DNA from: a virus
Lineage: Duplodnaviria; Caudoviricetes
Virus record (IMG/VR): IMGVR_UViG_3300038530_002154
Coordinates: 1 to 62,017 of that record
Length of the DNA stretch: 62,017 nucleotides
Reading direction: 5' to 3' (one strand)
Shown: one piece after another, positions 46,752 to 57,532 of the stretch
Layout: each line of letters opens with the position of its first letter
Numbering within the stretch: the stretch's first letter is position 1
The notes under the pieces: generated by a model
Database searches by the model: none
Told to the model about the DNA's origin: nothing
The model's input: the letters and a program-made list of their open reading frames with translations, nothing else
Translations under genes and position numbers: made by a program

Positions 46752-47162
46752 TTATAATAATTTCATCATTTCTGCGTTATATGCGTCTGCTTTGATATAC
46801 CCATTATCCTCGTATATTTTAATTAATGAGTCATTTTTTAATAATGCATACCCGTATTTGCAGCCGCTTAATTTCAAAGTATGCGATAAAACTTGAACTA
46901 AAAAGCTCAAAGCTTCTTTTCTTTTTTTTCTGTTTTTATACTCAAAATTAGACACTATCCAATCACACCATCCTACTTTTGAGTTTGTAACATACATATA
47001 CCCAGCGCAAACTGGAATATTTTTGTCAAAAACTATCATTCCTCCCTCACCATCTTCAGGTAAAAAATCTTTTGATGGAGGTGTCCACCGCCAATCTTTC
47101 CACCATTTTAACAAAATGGTATCGTAATCATTTTTATTTAATTTTCTTATAGTAAATTTCAT
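46752..47162 (-). CDS. GNAT-fold protein (T7 gp13 / P22 gp14 position)
   Basis: IRKL...DY, PVCAGYMY, WIVSN, LIKIYE..GY pattern; precedes the ejection genes. Confidence 0.65.
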   Translation of the reverse strand: MKFTIRKLNKNDYDTILLKWWKDWRWTPPSKDFLPEDGEGGMIVFDKNIPVCAGYMYVTNSKVGWCDWIVSNFEYKNRKKRKEALSFLVQVLSHTLKLSGCKYGYALLKNDSLIKIYEDNGYIKADAYNAEMMKLL

Positions 47163-47167
47163 TTACG

Positions 47168-47175
47168 CAAAGATA
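47168..47175 (-). promoter_or_regulatory. Bacteroidota -7 promoter element TATCTTTG
   Basis: In the 20-nt gap, 5 nt before the 47162 start. Confidence 0.65.
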
Positions 47176-47182
47176 CAAAAAA

Positions 47183-47971
47183 CTAAGGATTGCTTTTAAA
47201 GACATCAGAATCAACTGTAAACAGTTCTACAGCCTGAGTGTTGTAATTTGTTATTGTGAATTCTAAAAAGTATCCTGTAGCCCCATAAGATTCTGCGACA
47301 GGATCTTTTAAAACTAATATAAATGCGTCATTAGGCACAACTGAGCCTGCAGGTAGGTAGTTGATTGCATTAATAAAAATAGTCTTTCTATCGCTACTCA
47401 TTGAGGTTATAGGGCCTATTTCTATAGGATCACTATAGTCGTTTGGCTCAGGGCCAATAAAAGTGCTATAGTACACCTCGTCTCCAAAACTAATCATTGT
47501 AGGCACAGGCTGATCAAAAGAAACTTGTATGAGGTTAGGTGATTGGCCTGTGGTGCTTTGTAAAACACCTATGCCTTGTGTAGATCTTAGTGCAAGGTTT
47601 TCTGTTCCTGCTATTCTTTTTATAAAAGCAAAGAAACTTCCTTCTTTTTTGACAAAATCTGTAGAAGGCATGGCGCCTGCCCCTAAGTCAGTTACTATAT
47701 CAATATCCCATCTATCGTCACTCTCAAGTTCTATTGTTTTAAAAACCTTTACTGTGGTTGGTTCTTGATTAAAAACGCTTGTAACTTTTGATGGGTAGTT
47801 AACTCCATAATACTGATTTCTTACTGTTCCTGTGTTGTGTCTGTATAAATTACCACCTTTGAAAGTATACAAATACTGATTCATTCCCTTTATAAAATCA
47901 GGAAAATAGCTGTAAAAAGAAGGCCATCCTTTTACGGTTTCGCTATATGTTAATGTATAATTTTGAGACAT
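47183..47971 (-). CDS. Tail nozzle C-terminal-like subunit
   Basis: TLTYSE..KGWPSFYSY.P...NQYLYTFKGGNLYRHN and VKVFKTIELES resemble the C-terminal part of gp10-like stabilisation proteins. Confidence 0.6.
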   Translation of the reverse strand: MSQNYTLTYSETVKGWPSFYSYFPDFIKGMNQYLYTFKGGNLYRHNTGTVRNQYYGVNYPSKVTSVFNQEPTTVKVFKTIELESDDRWDIDIVTDLGAGAMPSTDFVKKEGSFFAFIKRIAGTENLALRSTQGIGVLQSTTGQSPNLIQVSFDQPVPTMISFGDEVYYSTFIGPEPNDYSDPIEIGPITSMSSDRKTIFINAINYLPAGSVVPNDAFILVLKDPVAESYGATGYFLEFTITNYNTQAVELFTVDSDVFKSNP

Positions 47972-47980
47972 AGATATATT

Positions 47981-48898
47981 TTAGGTACATGTTTGTATGT
48001 TGGTTACAACTCCGTTTGTAACAGTAATTACATTTCCGTCATCCATCAAATAGTTTCCGTCACTTGCATAACTAAGACCATTAATGTCGTCAAATACAAA
48101 GTTATTAATTACAGGATAATTATTTGTAGCATTTCTAAACTGAGCAAAATAATATGTTTGATTTGTAGCTCCACAAGATGTGCCACTGCCTAATGCTTGC
48201 CCTGCAAAACTAGGTAATGGAGCTTGGCATTCAACCTCGAGATCCCATTGTGTATTATTACAAGGCCCTAAAACTTGCACAGTAACTAAACCTGGTAGTC
48301 TGTTGGGTTTTGGAACAACTAGGGTGCTATATTCACTAACCCCACCACCAACATAATCTCCTGTTTGTATTGTGACACTTTGTGGGCTGGGTGATCCAAC
48401 TAACCAACCTGTATTGTCATAGCCGTTGTAAAATGTATAATTATCAGTGTTTGGTGCATTTGGAACACAAGGATTATTCAAAGCGCCAATGATTGTAAAA
48501 GAATCTGCCACACCACTTGTGGATTGTAAATTACCGTTTGTTGGGCTCATCAATCTATTATAATACAGCCCATCATATAAAACTCTTATACCATCAGGCA
48601 CAGATCGAGGGTTAAAATGAACCAAAATAGCTCCCGTGTCTCCTTGCTCGGTTCCTGCGCTAAATGATAATTGATACAACCCATTAGTCCCCGCTGGAGT
48701 AGTTATTGTTCCTCCACAAGGGATACCACATTCTTCACATAAAACTACAGGGCCTAATAAACCATTTAATTGTTGTCGATAGTTTCCACTATCTTGGTAA
48801 AATCCATCTGCAGATTTTGTTATAAGGTTTTCATCCTCAAAAACTGCAGTAGCAGTTAAAAAATCATTTGAATCTATATATTTATTTACTAAACTCAT
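47981..48898 (-). CDS. Tail-associated beta-rich protein
   Basis: Start reassigned to MSLVNKY at 48898; Cys-containing; lies between the nozzle parts. Confidence 0.6.
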   Translation of the reverse strand: MSLVNKYIDSNDFLTATAVFEDENLITKSADGFYQDSGNYRQQLNGLLGPVVLCEECGIPCGGTITTPAGTNGLYQLSFSAGTEQGDTGAILVHFNPRSVPDGIRVLYDGLYYNRLMSPTNGNLQSTSGVADSFTIIGALNNPCVPNAPNTDNYTFYNGYDNTGWLVGSPSPQSVTIQTGDYVGGGVSEYSTLVVPKPNRLPGLVTVQVLGPCNNTQWDLEVECQAPLPSFAGQALGSGTSCGATNQTYYFAQFRNATNNYPVINNFVFDDINGLSYASDGNYLMDDGNVITVTNGVVTNIQTCT

Positions 48899-48900
48899 AA

Positions 48901-51900
48901 TTATACTGTTGGGGGTTGACAATCGCAACATGCGTCTGTTGGACTTGAACTATCGTAACACAACTCAATAGGGGTTGGTTCTCTCAAATCCCAAACTAAA
49001 TATAAATACTCTTCACCACCTACATAAGTAAAAGACGCTTCGTTTTGTATGCCACTAGTAGTAATTGGAGTGGCGGTGTTTAATAACGGTAGCAAGGTAT
49101 CTATATCTGTCTCATCATAATTTGTTGCGGACTCTAAATATTTAAATTTATCTTTTGTTGGATCAAACACAAATGTTTGTCCAGGCTCTTGCCTATTTTG
49201 CATATATACAGTGGCTCCTGAAACGGGTATGCTTCCAAAAGATTCTTGTCCATTTACTTCACTAAACAAAGAAACTTCATCCTCCTCTAACACAACCGAA
49301 TTTGAACTATATGGGCTTGTATCGGAAGCAAGCTGCCATCTATATCTAGTTGTTGTAGTTAAAGATGCATCACCTGAAAAATTTATAACAATTTGTTTAA
49401 CAGTTATAGAGTCTGCTTCAGGACAACCAAAGATGGCGTTATAGCTAGGAGCAACTGTTGAATTTGCATTAGGCCTTATAGTTACTAAAGCATTAGTAGG
49501 ATTATTAAGTGTCTTAGTAAAACTAACTGGTATTTGACCACTCAAGCCCACTTGGTTTACTACTTCTGTATTGTTCCAATTTACAATCACATCTATCTCT
49601 CCTTGTATAATGTCAAAAGAAAATGAAACAGGGCCTATAATGGTGCTTAAATTAATTGATAGGTTATATTCACTAGTAGCATCATTTACATTTAACACAT
49701 AACCACAGTCTCTTTCAACAGGAGGTTGAGGTATTTCAGTCGTATTCGAACTAATAACATATTCATTCATATATGGATCAAATCCGCCAAGTTTTTGCGT
49801 TGGAAAAGAATCTATAAATAAATCTCTAAACCAAGACCTCATTCCTACTTGAGAAATCACTATAAGTTGATCAGTTTTTGCGCTTCCGCCCTTTAACTGT
49901 ATAACAGAGCTTCTTTTTGCGTCTGTAAAAAACACGTCATATCCGTATGCAGTAAAACTTTCTGGATTGTTGCTTATACCATACTCTTCCATCCTAGCCA
50001 ACTGCGTTCCTAAAACCTCAGGAACTGATGTAATTGCACCTCCTGCAGCTGCATCTGAAAGTAAGTTTTTTCCCACAAGAACATAGGATATTTTATCTTC
50101 TTGCAAAGTAAGAATATCTGTTTGTCTTGCGTGCATTTTCCTAATCGGCCCAAAGTCAGTTTCAAGTGTTTTAAAATTTGTTAGCGCTAAGTTAAACTGA
50201 TTTAGTTTGTTTAAGTTAGTTTCTTGATTAAAAACACCACTGTATGTAATATCTGCAAATCTATCTGCCTGTTGATATTGCTCCTCCGACACAGATGTTA
50301 CTTTTTCACCTAATTGTACAAAAGGCTTTGTTAATCCCGATAGCACATGGTTTTCTTCTACCCCATTACCAAAAGTATAACAATTAAAAAAGCTTAAATC
50401 TATAATTGCGGGCTGAGATGCTGTTTGGTTTTGATCAAAATTACCATCACCCGACATGTGATAGCCGTTAACTATATCAAAAGATTGATTATTTTCGAAA
50501 TATAATTCATCGTTAGCGTCAAGTGGTTCTGTTTCAAAAACAGTCAATGTGGTTGCTAATTCAAGTACAATTCTAACATTAACATAAGAACCTCTTTTGT
50601 CAGGTGATCCACATTTAGGTGTACCTGATGCAAATGTCAAAAATAATTGATTATCGTTTTGATCTCTTTGAAAACCTATATAACTCTGACCGTTGGTTGC
50701 TTGATTGATTCTGTAGTTTTTTATATCACTGAATTGATTTATAACATTTATAGTATCATCGCTACCTGCGGTTATTCCATTGGTAAAATTTATATTATCG
50801 CCTATAGACCAGTCAGCCAAACTAGCATAGTCATTTGAAGCTACAAAGTTTTTGTCATAGTTATACGTTCTGCTTCCGCATTTACTTCCTCTTTTTCTTC
50901 TGCTTGCACTAAGTATTATATTTATTCTAGATCCTGCGGGTATTTCTATATCAAGAAATTGTCCTTGATTGACTTCATCTTCAATACTACAACTAACTTG
51001 TGCCATAGGTTTGTTGTCTCCAGCACCATCTTTTCTATCAAAAAATGAATTAGGTGGTTTGTTTGCTGCAAAATTATTTGCTTTTAATCTCATGTATGTT
51101 CCTGTTGGCTGTCCACATGTTCCTTCAATTACCTCACCATCTGCATTTTTTGTACATAAAAAATCTTCTGCTTCGCTACCAAAACCTAAAACCTTTGTAG
51201 ATGCACAATTCAATACAGGGCCATTTGTGTCTGATTTTACAAACAAAGTATCATTGTCTTTTACCTTATCTCTATTGTCACCATCTAACAAATAATATAC
51301 ATCTCCTGTTCCTTCTTCTCTAAAAAATATATTTGTATATATTGTTCGGTACAAACCTTTAGATTCTTTTATTACAAATTTATATTTAGTTGCCCAATAA
51401 GGAGGATAACTATTCATTGTTACCCTAATATTATTTTTGTTCACAGAATTTTCACAAGCAATAAATACTGTATTGTCAGTATCTACAAGCGCTGTTGAAG
51501 CTCTGCCATATTCATCCATGTATACAACTGCAACTTCATAATCTCTATTACTATGCAATGATTCTTTTGATGCGCTTTGAGCATATAAACCTTCAGCTGT
51601 TATGCATTGCAAATATTCATAAGCAAATCTTGGTGGTGAAAATGGAACAGGGGGGTTTTGAGTTTGATCATACTCTTCATATTTTATTGCAGGAATCGTA
51701 AGGCTTATTACGTCACTTCCCTGCGATGTTTCAATTGAAAACCCTTGAGGGTTTGAGGTTATTCCAAATCCTACTTTCTCCCAACCGCTTTTTGGAACTG
51801 CTTCACAAATAAGCCTATCAGTTAGACTTGTTCCAATTTCAGCCCCAGGAGGTTGATTGAATACACATTGATTGTCTACCAAAGGAACAAACTCGCTAAT

Positions 51901-53286
51901 AGCAGCTATAAACTCGGGGCTTGATGCCATTTCAAATACACTATTATAGTCTTGTTGTAATTGAAATAAAAACGTATCGTTAAATATGTTTTCAGGCTGT
52001 GTACCGTCATCATATGACGCATCACCGCTATAAATGGCGCTTACATAATTAAAAGCAAAACCTATTTGAGCTCCCTCTACAAGTTGAACTTCATCAGCAC
52101 CAAAGTCTACGCTAAATTTTGCTTGAGGGACTGTTACTGATCCATCAATAGTATAGGTCGCATCACTAAGAGTTGCCACTATTTCAGCAGCAGATAAACT
52201 TTCACTTATCAATTCAAGATCGTAATCTAAATAAATTTGTGCGCCATTATCATCAACTATGTCGTATCCATCAATGTAGTTTCCATACATCAATCTGTTA
52301 CCCATAATAGTTTGAGCCTGCGCTTTGAGTGGCACATTATCATATAACCTAAGTAGTTGTTCTTCTGGAAGCGTGGTATATATTTTCTTGTTTGTAAATG
52401 TTAAGGTTTGGGTAGTGTTGTCAACCCATCCTTCATTGACTTTGTTAAATCTTTCTATTACATTAACACTTTGGCTCGTGCTAAATTTAAATATTACATC
52501 AATGTCTTTTACGTTTTTGCCCCCCGTTTCAAACTCTATATCTACCGCATTAAGAGTATTTCTCATACCCTCTTGATTGTAATTACTGTAATCAAACTGA
52601 AAAGGCCCTGGTGTAAAAGCATATTCACTAAAAGGTGATAATGCAGAATACTCTCCATCTTCGTATTGCCATCTATACGCAAAACTTAAAAGAAGCTCTT
52701 CCATATAGTTTTCACCCCCTCCAATTTGATATTGATTTATTTTAGGAGCATTCAAGGGCGGTGCTAAAATAACACCTATATCTTGCTCGTTTAAAACGGG
52801 TTCGGTAGGATATGTTCGTGTGACATTTATTTTTCTTGGAGGATTTAAGTTGTCAGTAAAAAACAACAAATCTCCAATCATATTTACACCATTAACTAGA
52901 TAATCTTTATCAAAATTTAAAACCTCTGTGGATATTAAGTGGTATATTAAGACAAATGTTCTTGTGTTATAGGAAACCACTAAATCAACTTTGCCTGTTG
53001 GAGAGTTTGTGTTGTTTGGATCATTAACAAACCAATACATTGTTTCCTCACCACCATCCTCAAAAGCTCCTATACACTTAGCCTGATTACTTAATTCTTG
53101 TCCCTGATAAGTTAACTGAACAAGCAATTCATTCCCTTTAGAGTTTTCTACAGCACCAATCTCAGTGCCTTCTGTAGAACCTAACCTTACGTTTAAAGCG
53201 TCTACATACTCACCATTAGGAACTAAGCGCTCATCCACGCCTTTGTTCATTCGGCCCTTTATAAAATTTCTTTGAACTTTAGGCAT
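48901..53286 (-). CDS. Tail nozzle / stabilisation protein (P22 gp10-like)
   Basis: NF.KG.MNK..DERL.P.GEY.DALNVR, LFFTDN.NPPRKIN, FAYRWQY.DGEYSA.SPF, NRLMYGNY, GISNNPESF. Confidence 0.8.
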   Translation of the reverse strand: MPKVQRNFIKGRMNKGVDERLVPNGEYVDALNVRLGSTEGTEIGAVENSKGNELLVQLTYQGQELSNQAKCIGAFEDGGEETMYWFVNDPNNTNSPTGKVDLVVSYNTRTFVLIYHLISTEVLNFDKDYLVNGVNMIGDLLFFTDNLNPPRKINVTRTYPTEPVLNEQDIGVILAPPLNAPKINQYQIGGGENYMEELLLSFAYRWQYEDGEYSALSPFSEYAFTPGPFQFDYSNYNQEGMRNTLNAVDIEFETGGKNVKDIDVIFKFSTSQSVNVIERFNKVNEGWVDNTTQTLTFTNKKIYTTLPEEQLLRLYDNVPLKAQAQTIMGNRLMYGNYIDGYDIVDDNGAQIYLDYDLELISESLSAAEIVATLSDATYTIDGSVTVPQAKFSVDFGADEVQLVEGAQIGFAFNYVSAIYSGDASYDDGTQPENIFNDTFLFQLQQDYNSVFEMASSPEFIAAISEFVPLVDNQCVFNQPPGAEIGTSLTDRLICEAVPKSGWEKVGFGITSNPQGFSIETSQGSDVISLTIPAIKYEEYDQTQNPPVPFSPPRFAYEYLQCITAEGLYAQSASKESLHSNRDYEVAVVYMDEYGRASTALVDTDNTVFIACENSVNKNNIRVTMNSYPPYWATKYKFVIKESKGLYRTIYTNIFFREEGTGDVYYLLDGDNRDKVKDNDTLFVKSDTNGPVLNCASTKVLGFGSEAEDFLCTKNADGEVIEGTCGQPTGTYMRLKANNFAANKPPNSFFDRKDGAGDNKPMAQVSCSIEDEVNQGQFLDIEIPAGSRINIILSASRRKRGSKCGSRTYNYDKNFVASNDYASLADWSIGDNINFTNGITAGSDDTINVINQFSDIKNYRINQATNGQSYIGFQRDQNDNQLFLTFASGTPKCGSPDKRGSYVNVRIVLELATTLTVFETEPLDANDELYFENNQSFDIVNGYHMSGDGNFDQNQTASQPAIIDLSFFNCYTFGNGVEENHVLSGLTKPFVQLGEKVTSVSEEQYQQADRFADITYSGVFNQETNLNKLNQFNLALTNFKTLETDFGPIRKMHARQTDILTLQEDKISYVLVGKNLLSDAAAGGAITSVPEVLGTQLARMEEYGISNNPESFTAYGYDVFFTDAKRSSVIQLKGGSAKTDQLIVISQVGMRSWFRDLFIDSFPTQKLGGFDPYMNEYVISSNTTEIPQPPVERDCGYVLNVNDATSEYNLSINLSTIIGPVSFSFDIIQGEIDVIVNWNNTEVVNQVGLSGQIPVSFTKTLNNPTNALVTIRPNANSTVAPSYNAIFGCPEADSITVKQIVINFSGDASLTTTTRYRWQLASDTSPYSSNSVVLEEDEVSLFSEVNGQESFGSIPVSGATVYMQNRQEPGQTFVFDPTKDKFKYLESATNYDETDIDTLLPLLNTATPITTSGIQNEASFTYVGGEEYLYLVWDLREPTPIELCYDSSSPTDACCDCQPPTV

Positions 53287-53287
53287 C

Positions 53288-54214
53288 TTATTTTATCCAT
53301 TTTGATTGCCCTCTCAGATTCATTAATAATCTTCCAGGGTGTATATTACTTAATCTTAATTTAGCATTTCTTAAAAGCGCAGACTTTTCTTTTCTAAGCC
53401 TGTTTATTATAAACTCTTGCACTCCAACTTTGCTATTTAGTATTACATATTTTATATATGCATAAATAAATTCTTCAAAAAGCTTGTTAACACTTACTTT
53501 AGAGTCATCGCCTTTTTCCATTCCATCTGAAACATATTCTAACACGCAAAGCTCGTTTGCCATGTCAGAGCTAAAATTAATAACACCCCCTTGTTTGTTT
53601 ATTTTAAATGTAGGATTTTGATTTGCAGTTTCCGTATTTAAACCATACCTTCCGCCTATAGGGTATTCAAAGTACCATAATCCATTATAAAAATATCCTT
53701 CTTGTCCATGATAACAACTTGATTCATTTAAGTAAATAGTTTTTTTCTCATTTAGAATTCTTTGCATATCAATTGTAGATGTCGAAGGCTTCAAGATGTT
53801 GCCATCGTGATCAAACAATATTCTACAATTATTATCCTGCAAATATGCATCCGACCAATTAGTTTGAATGTTTTCTGTCAACGGCATAAGAAGACCATCT
53901 TTATATAAAGATAACCTTACCCAATTTACATAGTCGGGTGGCAAAACAAACCTTAGAGTATCACAAACTTGTAGTTCTAAAATTTTTATTTCTTTCAAAG
54001 AATCATAATTAAGCTCCTGAATTGCTCTTTTAGCGTGAAATAAAATATTATATCTTTCTACGTTATTAATAAGTTTATCATTGCCCACATACATCAAGAT
54101 AAAATTTGTTACAATATCATCTAATGATACATATTGATATGATCCCCAATTTGCATCTTCTGTGTTTGGGTTTCCTGTGTTTTCGTAATATGTATAATCG
54201 TTAATATATGCCAT
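53288..54214 (-). CDS. Tail ring/adaptor protein
   Basis: AKRAIQEL.YD and LPPDYVNWVRLS; position after the capsid genes. Confidence 0.7.
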   Translation of the reverse strand: MAYINDYTYYENTGNPNTEDANWGSYQYVSLDDIVTNFILMYVGNDKLINNVERYNILFHAKRAIQELNYDSLKEIKILELQVCDTLRFVLPPDYVNWVRLSLYKDGLLMPLTENIQTNWSDAYLQDNNCRILFDHDGNILKPSTSTIDMQRILNEKKTIYLNESSCYHGQEGYFYNGLWYFEYPIGGRYGLNTETANQNPTFKINKQGGVINFSSDMANELCVLEYVSDGMEKGDDSKVSVNKLFEEFIYAYIKYVILNSKVGVQEFIINRLRKEKSALLRNAKLRLSNIHPGRLLMNLRGQSKWIK

Positions 54215-54216
54215 AA

Positions 54217-55185
54217 TTATCCTTCTTGTTTAGTTGCTTCATTTTCTTCTAATTTTCCAAAAGCTGCCACCTCTTTGTCTCTTATAGAAACTCCTGCATA
54301 TTGTAATATTTTATTTACTAGGTTGGGCTCATCCGAAATGGGAAGCTCAAAGTCTTGATAATCTAAGGCCGACTCATTAAATGCAGGCTCACCACCTGGA
54401 GGTAACTGAACATAAGTCCAATTTGGATCTTTAGGGTATCTTATGTATTGACTCACTATTGATCCTGGTTGTGTCAAACTTATGGGGTATATGGTTATTG
54501 TGTTTCCATATGTTGTGTCATTTGCACCACCTAAAACATAAGCTGGATATGTGGTTGACGGACTTGTAAGAGGGCTTGAGTTTAAATAGAATATTTTATT
54601 CTGAGAAACTCTTTCTACCTCTTTGATTGTGTTATAAGCTGTACTTACTATTGCGTATTCAGCAAACAAATCCGTTGCTCCAAAAATATCTTGAGTCAAT
54701 CTAAGTTCGGTATTACTAATAATTTCAACAACAAATGCGGTATCACCACTTACAATATTACTTACCAAGCTACCAACTTGAACGGTAGATGTAAACGTAG
54801 CGTTGCTATCAATTAACCTGTTATTAGCAATACTAGTTGCCTGTCCTTGTGCGAGAAGTGTATTGTAGTAATTTATCTTATTAATTAGGTAATAATCTTC
54901 AGGTAAATCATAATTTGATACTCCTGTGTTTGCAAGCACTTTGGTTCGAGAAAAACTATCTACTACTTCCTCAATACCCTTTACAATATCTGCATATCCA
55001 GAGCCTGATTGTCTGACGTTTTGTTTTACTAATTGACTATTGTATTGATAAAAATAGTCTTCAAATATGTCTAACTGCGCTTGTTTTGCATATAAATTAA
55101 AATCATTAGGTGTTATATACCCAAAATTATTTTTATTTGCAATGGAAAGCACAGTGGCTCGGACTGTGTTAATAAGTGATGTCAT
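54217..55185 (-). CDS. Tail ring/adaptor protein
   Basis: GYITP.DFN.YA.QAQ, LPEDY, YIRYP. Confidence 0.7.
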   Translation of the reverse strand: MTSLINTVRATVLSIANKNNFGYITPNDFNLYAKQAQLDIFEDYFYQYNSQLVKQNVRQSGSGYADIVKGIEEVVDSFSRTKVLANTGVSNYDLPEDYYLINKINYYNTLLAQGQATSIANNRLIDSNATFTSTVQVGSLVSNIVSGDTAFVVEIISNTELRLTQDIFGATDLFAEYAIVSTAYNTIKEVERVSQNKIFYLNSSPLTSPSTTYPAYVLGGANDTTYGNTITIYPISLTQPGSIVSQYIRYPKDPNWTYVQLPPGGEPAFNESALDYQDFELPISDEPNLVNKILQYAGVSIRDKEVAAFGKLEENEATKQEG

Positions 55186-55203
55186 CCTCTATTTTTCTTT
55201 GTA

Positions 55204-55211
55204 CAAAGATA
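55204..55211 (-). promoter_or_regulatory. Bacteroidota -7 promoter element TATCTTTG
   Basis: 19 nt before the 55185 start, directly after a terminator. Confidence 0.7.
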
Positions 55212-55213
55212 AG

Positions 55214-55248
55214 AAAAAAAAAGAGGCCTCATTTTTTTGAGGCCCCTC
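55214..55248 (-). terminator. Rho-independent terminator
   Basis: GGGGCCTCA-AAAAAA-TGAGGCCTC followed by a T9 run. Confidence 0.85.
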
Positions 55249-55251
55249 TGA

Positions 55252-55998
55252 CTAATCTAATTTAGATTCCAATATCCTTAAAACTTCTAGCCCTTCATCG
55301 CTTTGTAAAAACGAAGCTAGTATGAATAATGGATCTTCACCATAAGGAACAGTAAGTAGCTTGTTCTTGTTTCCTTTTAAGTTGTAATAAACATCCTTTT
55401 TATTTTTAAGAACCAACAAACCTTCGCTAAAAAATTTAGCACATTTGTTTTGAAGCATAAGCAAAGGATCATTAATGGATTCCATAAACTCTCCAGGATA
55501 TCTTTTTGCAAATATTCTTACATCTCTTTTTAATTCTGATGAACTTAATTTATCAATATTCAATCCTATAACTACTCTTGCTATTGTTTCTAGCATTTCA
55601 ATGTCTAAATCCTTGGCGACTATTTGAGCCTCCAGTGCGATATCTAAATCTTCTACTTCTATGGAAGCATCTTTTTCTTTATCTACCTCAACAAATTCAT
55701 TCCCATTCCCTGGATGATAAGCTAAAAACTCTTGCAATATTTGGTTTTGTTTTGGGACTCTCAAAAAGCCATCTTCAAAAACAATAGGCTCCAATAGTAT
55801 GTTGCCGTCCTGTTCATCCTCAAAAATACTTTTTTGATTTTTTGCATAACGCATGGCTCTGTTAACACCTGTTGTGTCATCAAAATATAATAGTGATTTT
55901 CTCTTTGTGTGTCTAGAGGGTATAGTGTAGCTCAAAGGAGCTTTATTTCTAGTAAGTTTGTAGGTTTTATCTACAAATTTTGTTTTCTTTTTTTTCAT
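55252..55998 (-). CDS. Conserved hypothetical protein downstream of the capsid gene
   Basis: 248 aa. Confidence 0.8.
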   Translation of the reverse strand: MKKKKTKFVDKTYKLTRNKAPLSYTIPSRHTKRKSLLYFDDTTGVNRAMRYAKNQKSIFEDEQDGNILLEPIVFEDGFLRVPKQNQILQEFLAYHPGNGNEFVEVDKEKDASIEVEDLDIALEAQIVAKDLDIEMLETIARVVIGLNIDKLSSSELKRDVRIFAKRYPGEFMESINDPLLMLQNKCAKFFSEGLLVLKNKKDVYYNLKGNKNKLLTVPYGEDPLFILASFLQSDEGLEVLRILESKLD

Positions 55999-56026
55999 TG
56001 TATTTAATTTAAAATTTAATTTTATT

Positions 56027-56070
56027 AAAAAGAATGAGGGCCACGCTCACTCAGTGGCCCGCTCATTCTT
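56027..56070 (-). terminator. Hairpin terminator after the major capsid gene
   Basis: AAGAATGAG.GGCCAC / GTGGCC..CTCATTCTT inverted repeat with a T run. Confidence 0.75.
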
Positions 56071-56082
56071 ATAATCTATATC

Positions 56083-57513
56083 TTACTTAAAGATAAAGAA
56101 GTTATTCGCTCCTAGAGTACAAAGTGCTCTTTCAGATAAGAAGTGAACTTCCATAGCATCTAAGCTAGTAGTAGCCGCTCCACCTGCAGAACCTGTAATC
56201 CAAGTTTTGTAGCGTCTGTCTTCAGTTTCTGAAGCTCTATATCTAACGTGTAAGAAAGGTCTCTTAGCGTTTTTACCTAATACTTGATCGTATACAGTTG
56301 TTGAACCTGCTGGCACTAAAATACCATTAATAGCTCCACCAACAATATCTCCTCTCATAGTAGGATCGTTAAGGTATTTCCAATCTGACTTGTAGAAATC
56401 ATAACCTCTTCGGAATCCTGAGAATCCAAGGTTTAATGCCATTTCTGCATCATTGTCAAATAATCCGAAAGATGCTGAGTTAGCAGAACCACCTGCAACG
56501 AAACCGTTGAGTGTAGCCAACATATCATCAATATCAAATCCGAACTCTCTGTTTACAAAAAGTACATTTTCTTCAATAGAACCTTGCTTGTCTAATCTTT
56601 GAATAATAGCATCAAAGTCAGCTAAAGTAGTAGGGTTACCACCACTAAAGACATTTCCTCTTTCTTCTACTACATAGAATAAACCTTCTGATCCTTTGTT
56701 ACCAACACCACTAGCAATTCCTTCTGCTATTGCTGCTGCTCCTGATCCTGCTACTGCAGGTACGGCCTCAACCATTGCTGTCTCAAGATAGTCTTCAAAT
56801 CTCAATCTTGTTTCGTGCTCTGATTTTAGATACCACAAGAATCCTGTTGCTCCGTTTTCAGTTGTAACTTCAATCCAACCAATTTGTGCCATATCAGATC
56901 CTGATACTGCATACTTATCTTTGATAATAATTGGTGAATTTTCAAAAATAAAGTCATTTGCTTCCAATTGACCTTCCATTCCGATTGCTCCTTTTTGGAA
57001 CTCAGAACCATAAATAAATAGTGAACATTGTACGGCTGCTGCCATTGACTGACCTGCAGCTTCATAGTATGCTACATCAATAGTTGCATTTGCTAAATCA
57101 ACTGCTGTAACAATAGCCTTGTTACTGTTTGTTGAGTTTATCGAACTATCGGATAACATAATTGTCTGACCAACTCTAATTGCAATTTGAGATCCCGCAG
57201 GAACTAAAACATCATTTATAGTTAGGGTAGCTGTTGCGCTACCAGCCGCTGCTCCAGATGTAACATCCACATATTTTGTGTGTAATCTTCCTTGCTCTGC
57301 CCACTTAATAAGGTCAGAGTTAGAAGGCATTTCAGCTCCCACCATTCTTAAGAATGATGATACTGTACGATTACCATATCTTTCAAATTCTTTTTCATAA
57401 GTATCTGGTAAATACTGATTCAAGAAGTCGAAGTTGGTAATGTAGTTTGTTTGTAATAAGACCTGTTCCGAACTTGGTTGTAAGTCAAACCCAGGTACTG
57501 CATCTACTGGCAT
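56083..57513 (-). CDS. Major capsid protein
   Basis: 476 aa after portal and scaffold; followed by a terminator; W.EQGRLH motif. Confidence 0.85.
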   Translation of the reverse strand: MPVDAVPGFDLQPSSEQVLLQTNYITNFDFLNQYLPDTYEKEFERYGNRTVSSFLRMVGAEMPSNSDLIKWAEQGRLHTKYVDVTSGAAAGSATATLTINDVLVPAGSQIAIRVGQTIMLSDSSINSTNSNKAIVTAVDLANATIDVAYYEAAGQSMAAAVQCSLFIYGSEFQKGAIGMEGQLEANDFIFENSPIIIKDKYAVSGSDMAQIGWIEVTTENGATGFLWYLKSEHETRLRFEDYLETAMVEAVPAVAGSGAAAIAEGIASGVGNKGSEGLFYVVEERGNVFSGGNPTTLADFDAIIQRLDKQGSIEENVLFVNREFGFDIDDMLATLNGFVAGGSANSASFGLFDNDAEMALNLGFSGFRRGYDFYKSDWKYLNDPTMRGDIVGGAINGILVPAGSTTVYDQVLGKNAKRPFLHVRYRASETEDRRYKTWITGSAGGAATTSLDAMEVHFLSERALCTLGANNFFIFK

Positions 57514-57532
57514 AATTTTTAATTTTTAAATT

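Noticed and set aside
47972-47983. In-frame TAA between the 47981 and 47183 genes suggesting readthrough
   Set aside because: TAA is a strong stop and the downstream gene has its own ATG. TAG and TGA also act as normal stops elsewhere, so there is no sign of recoding.
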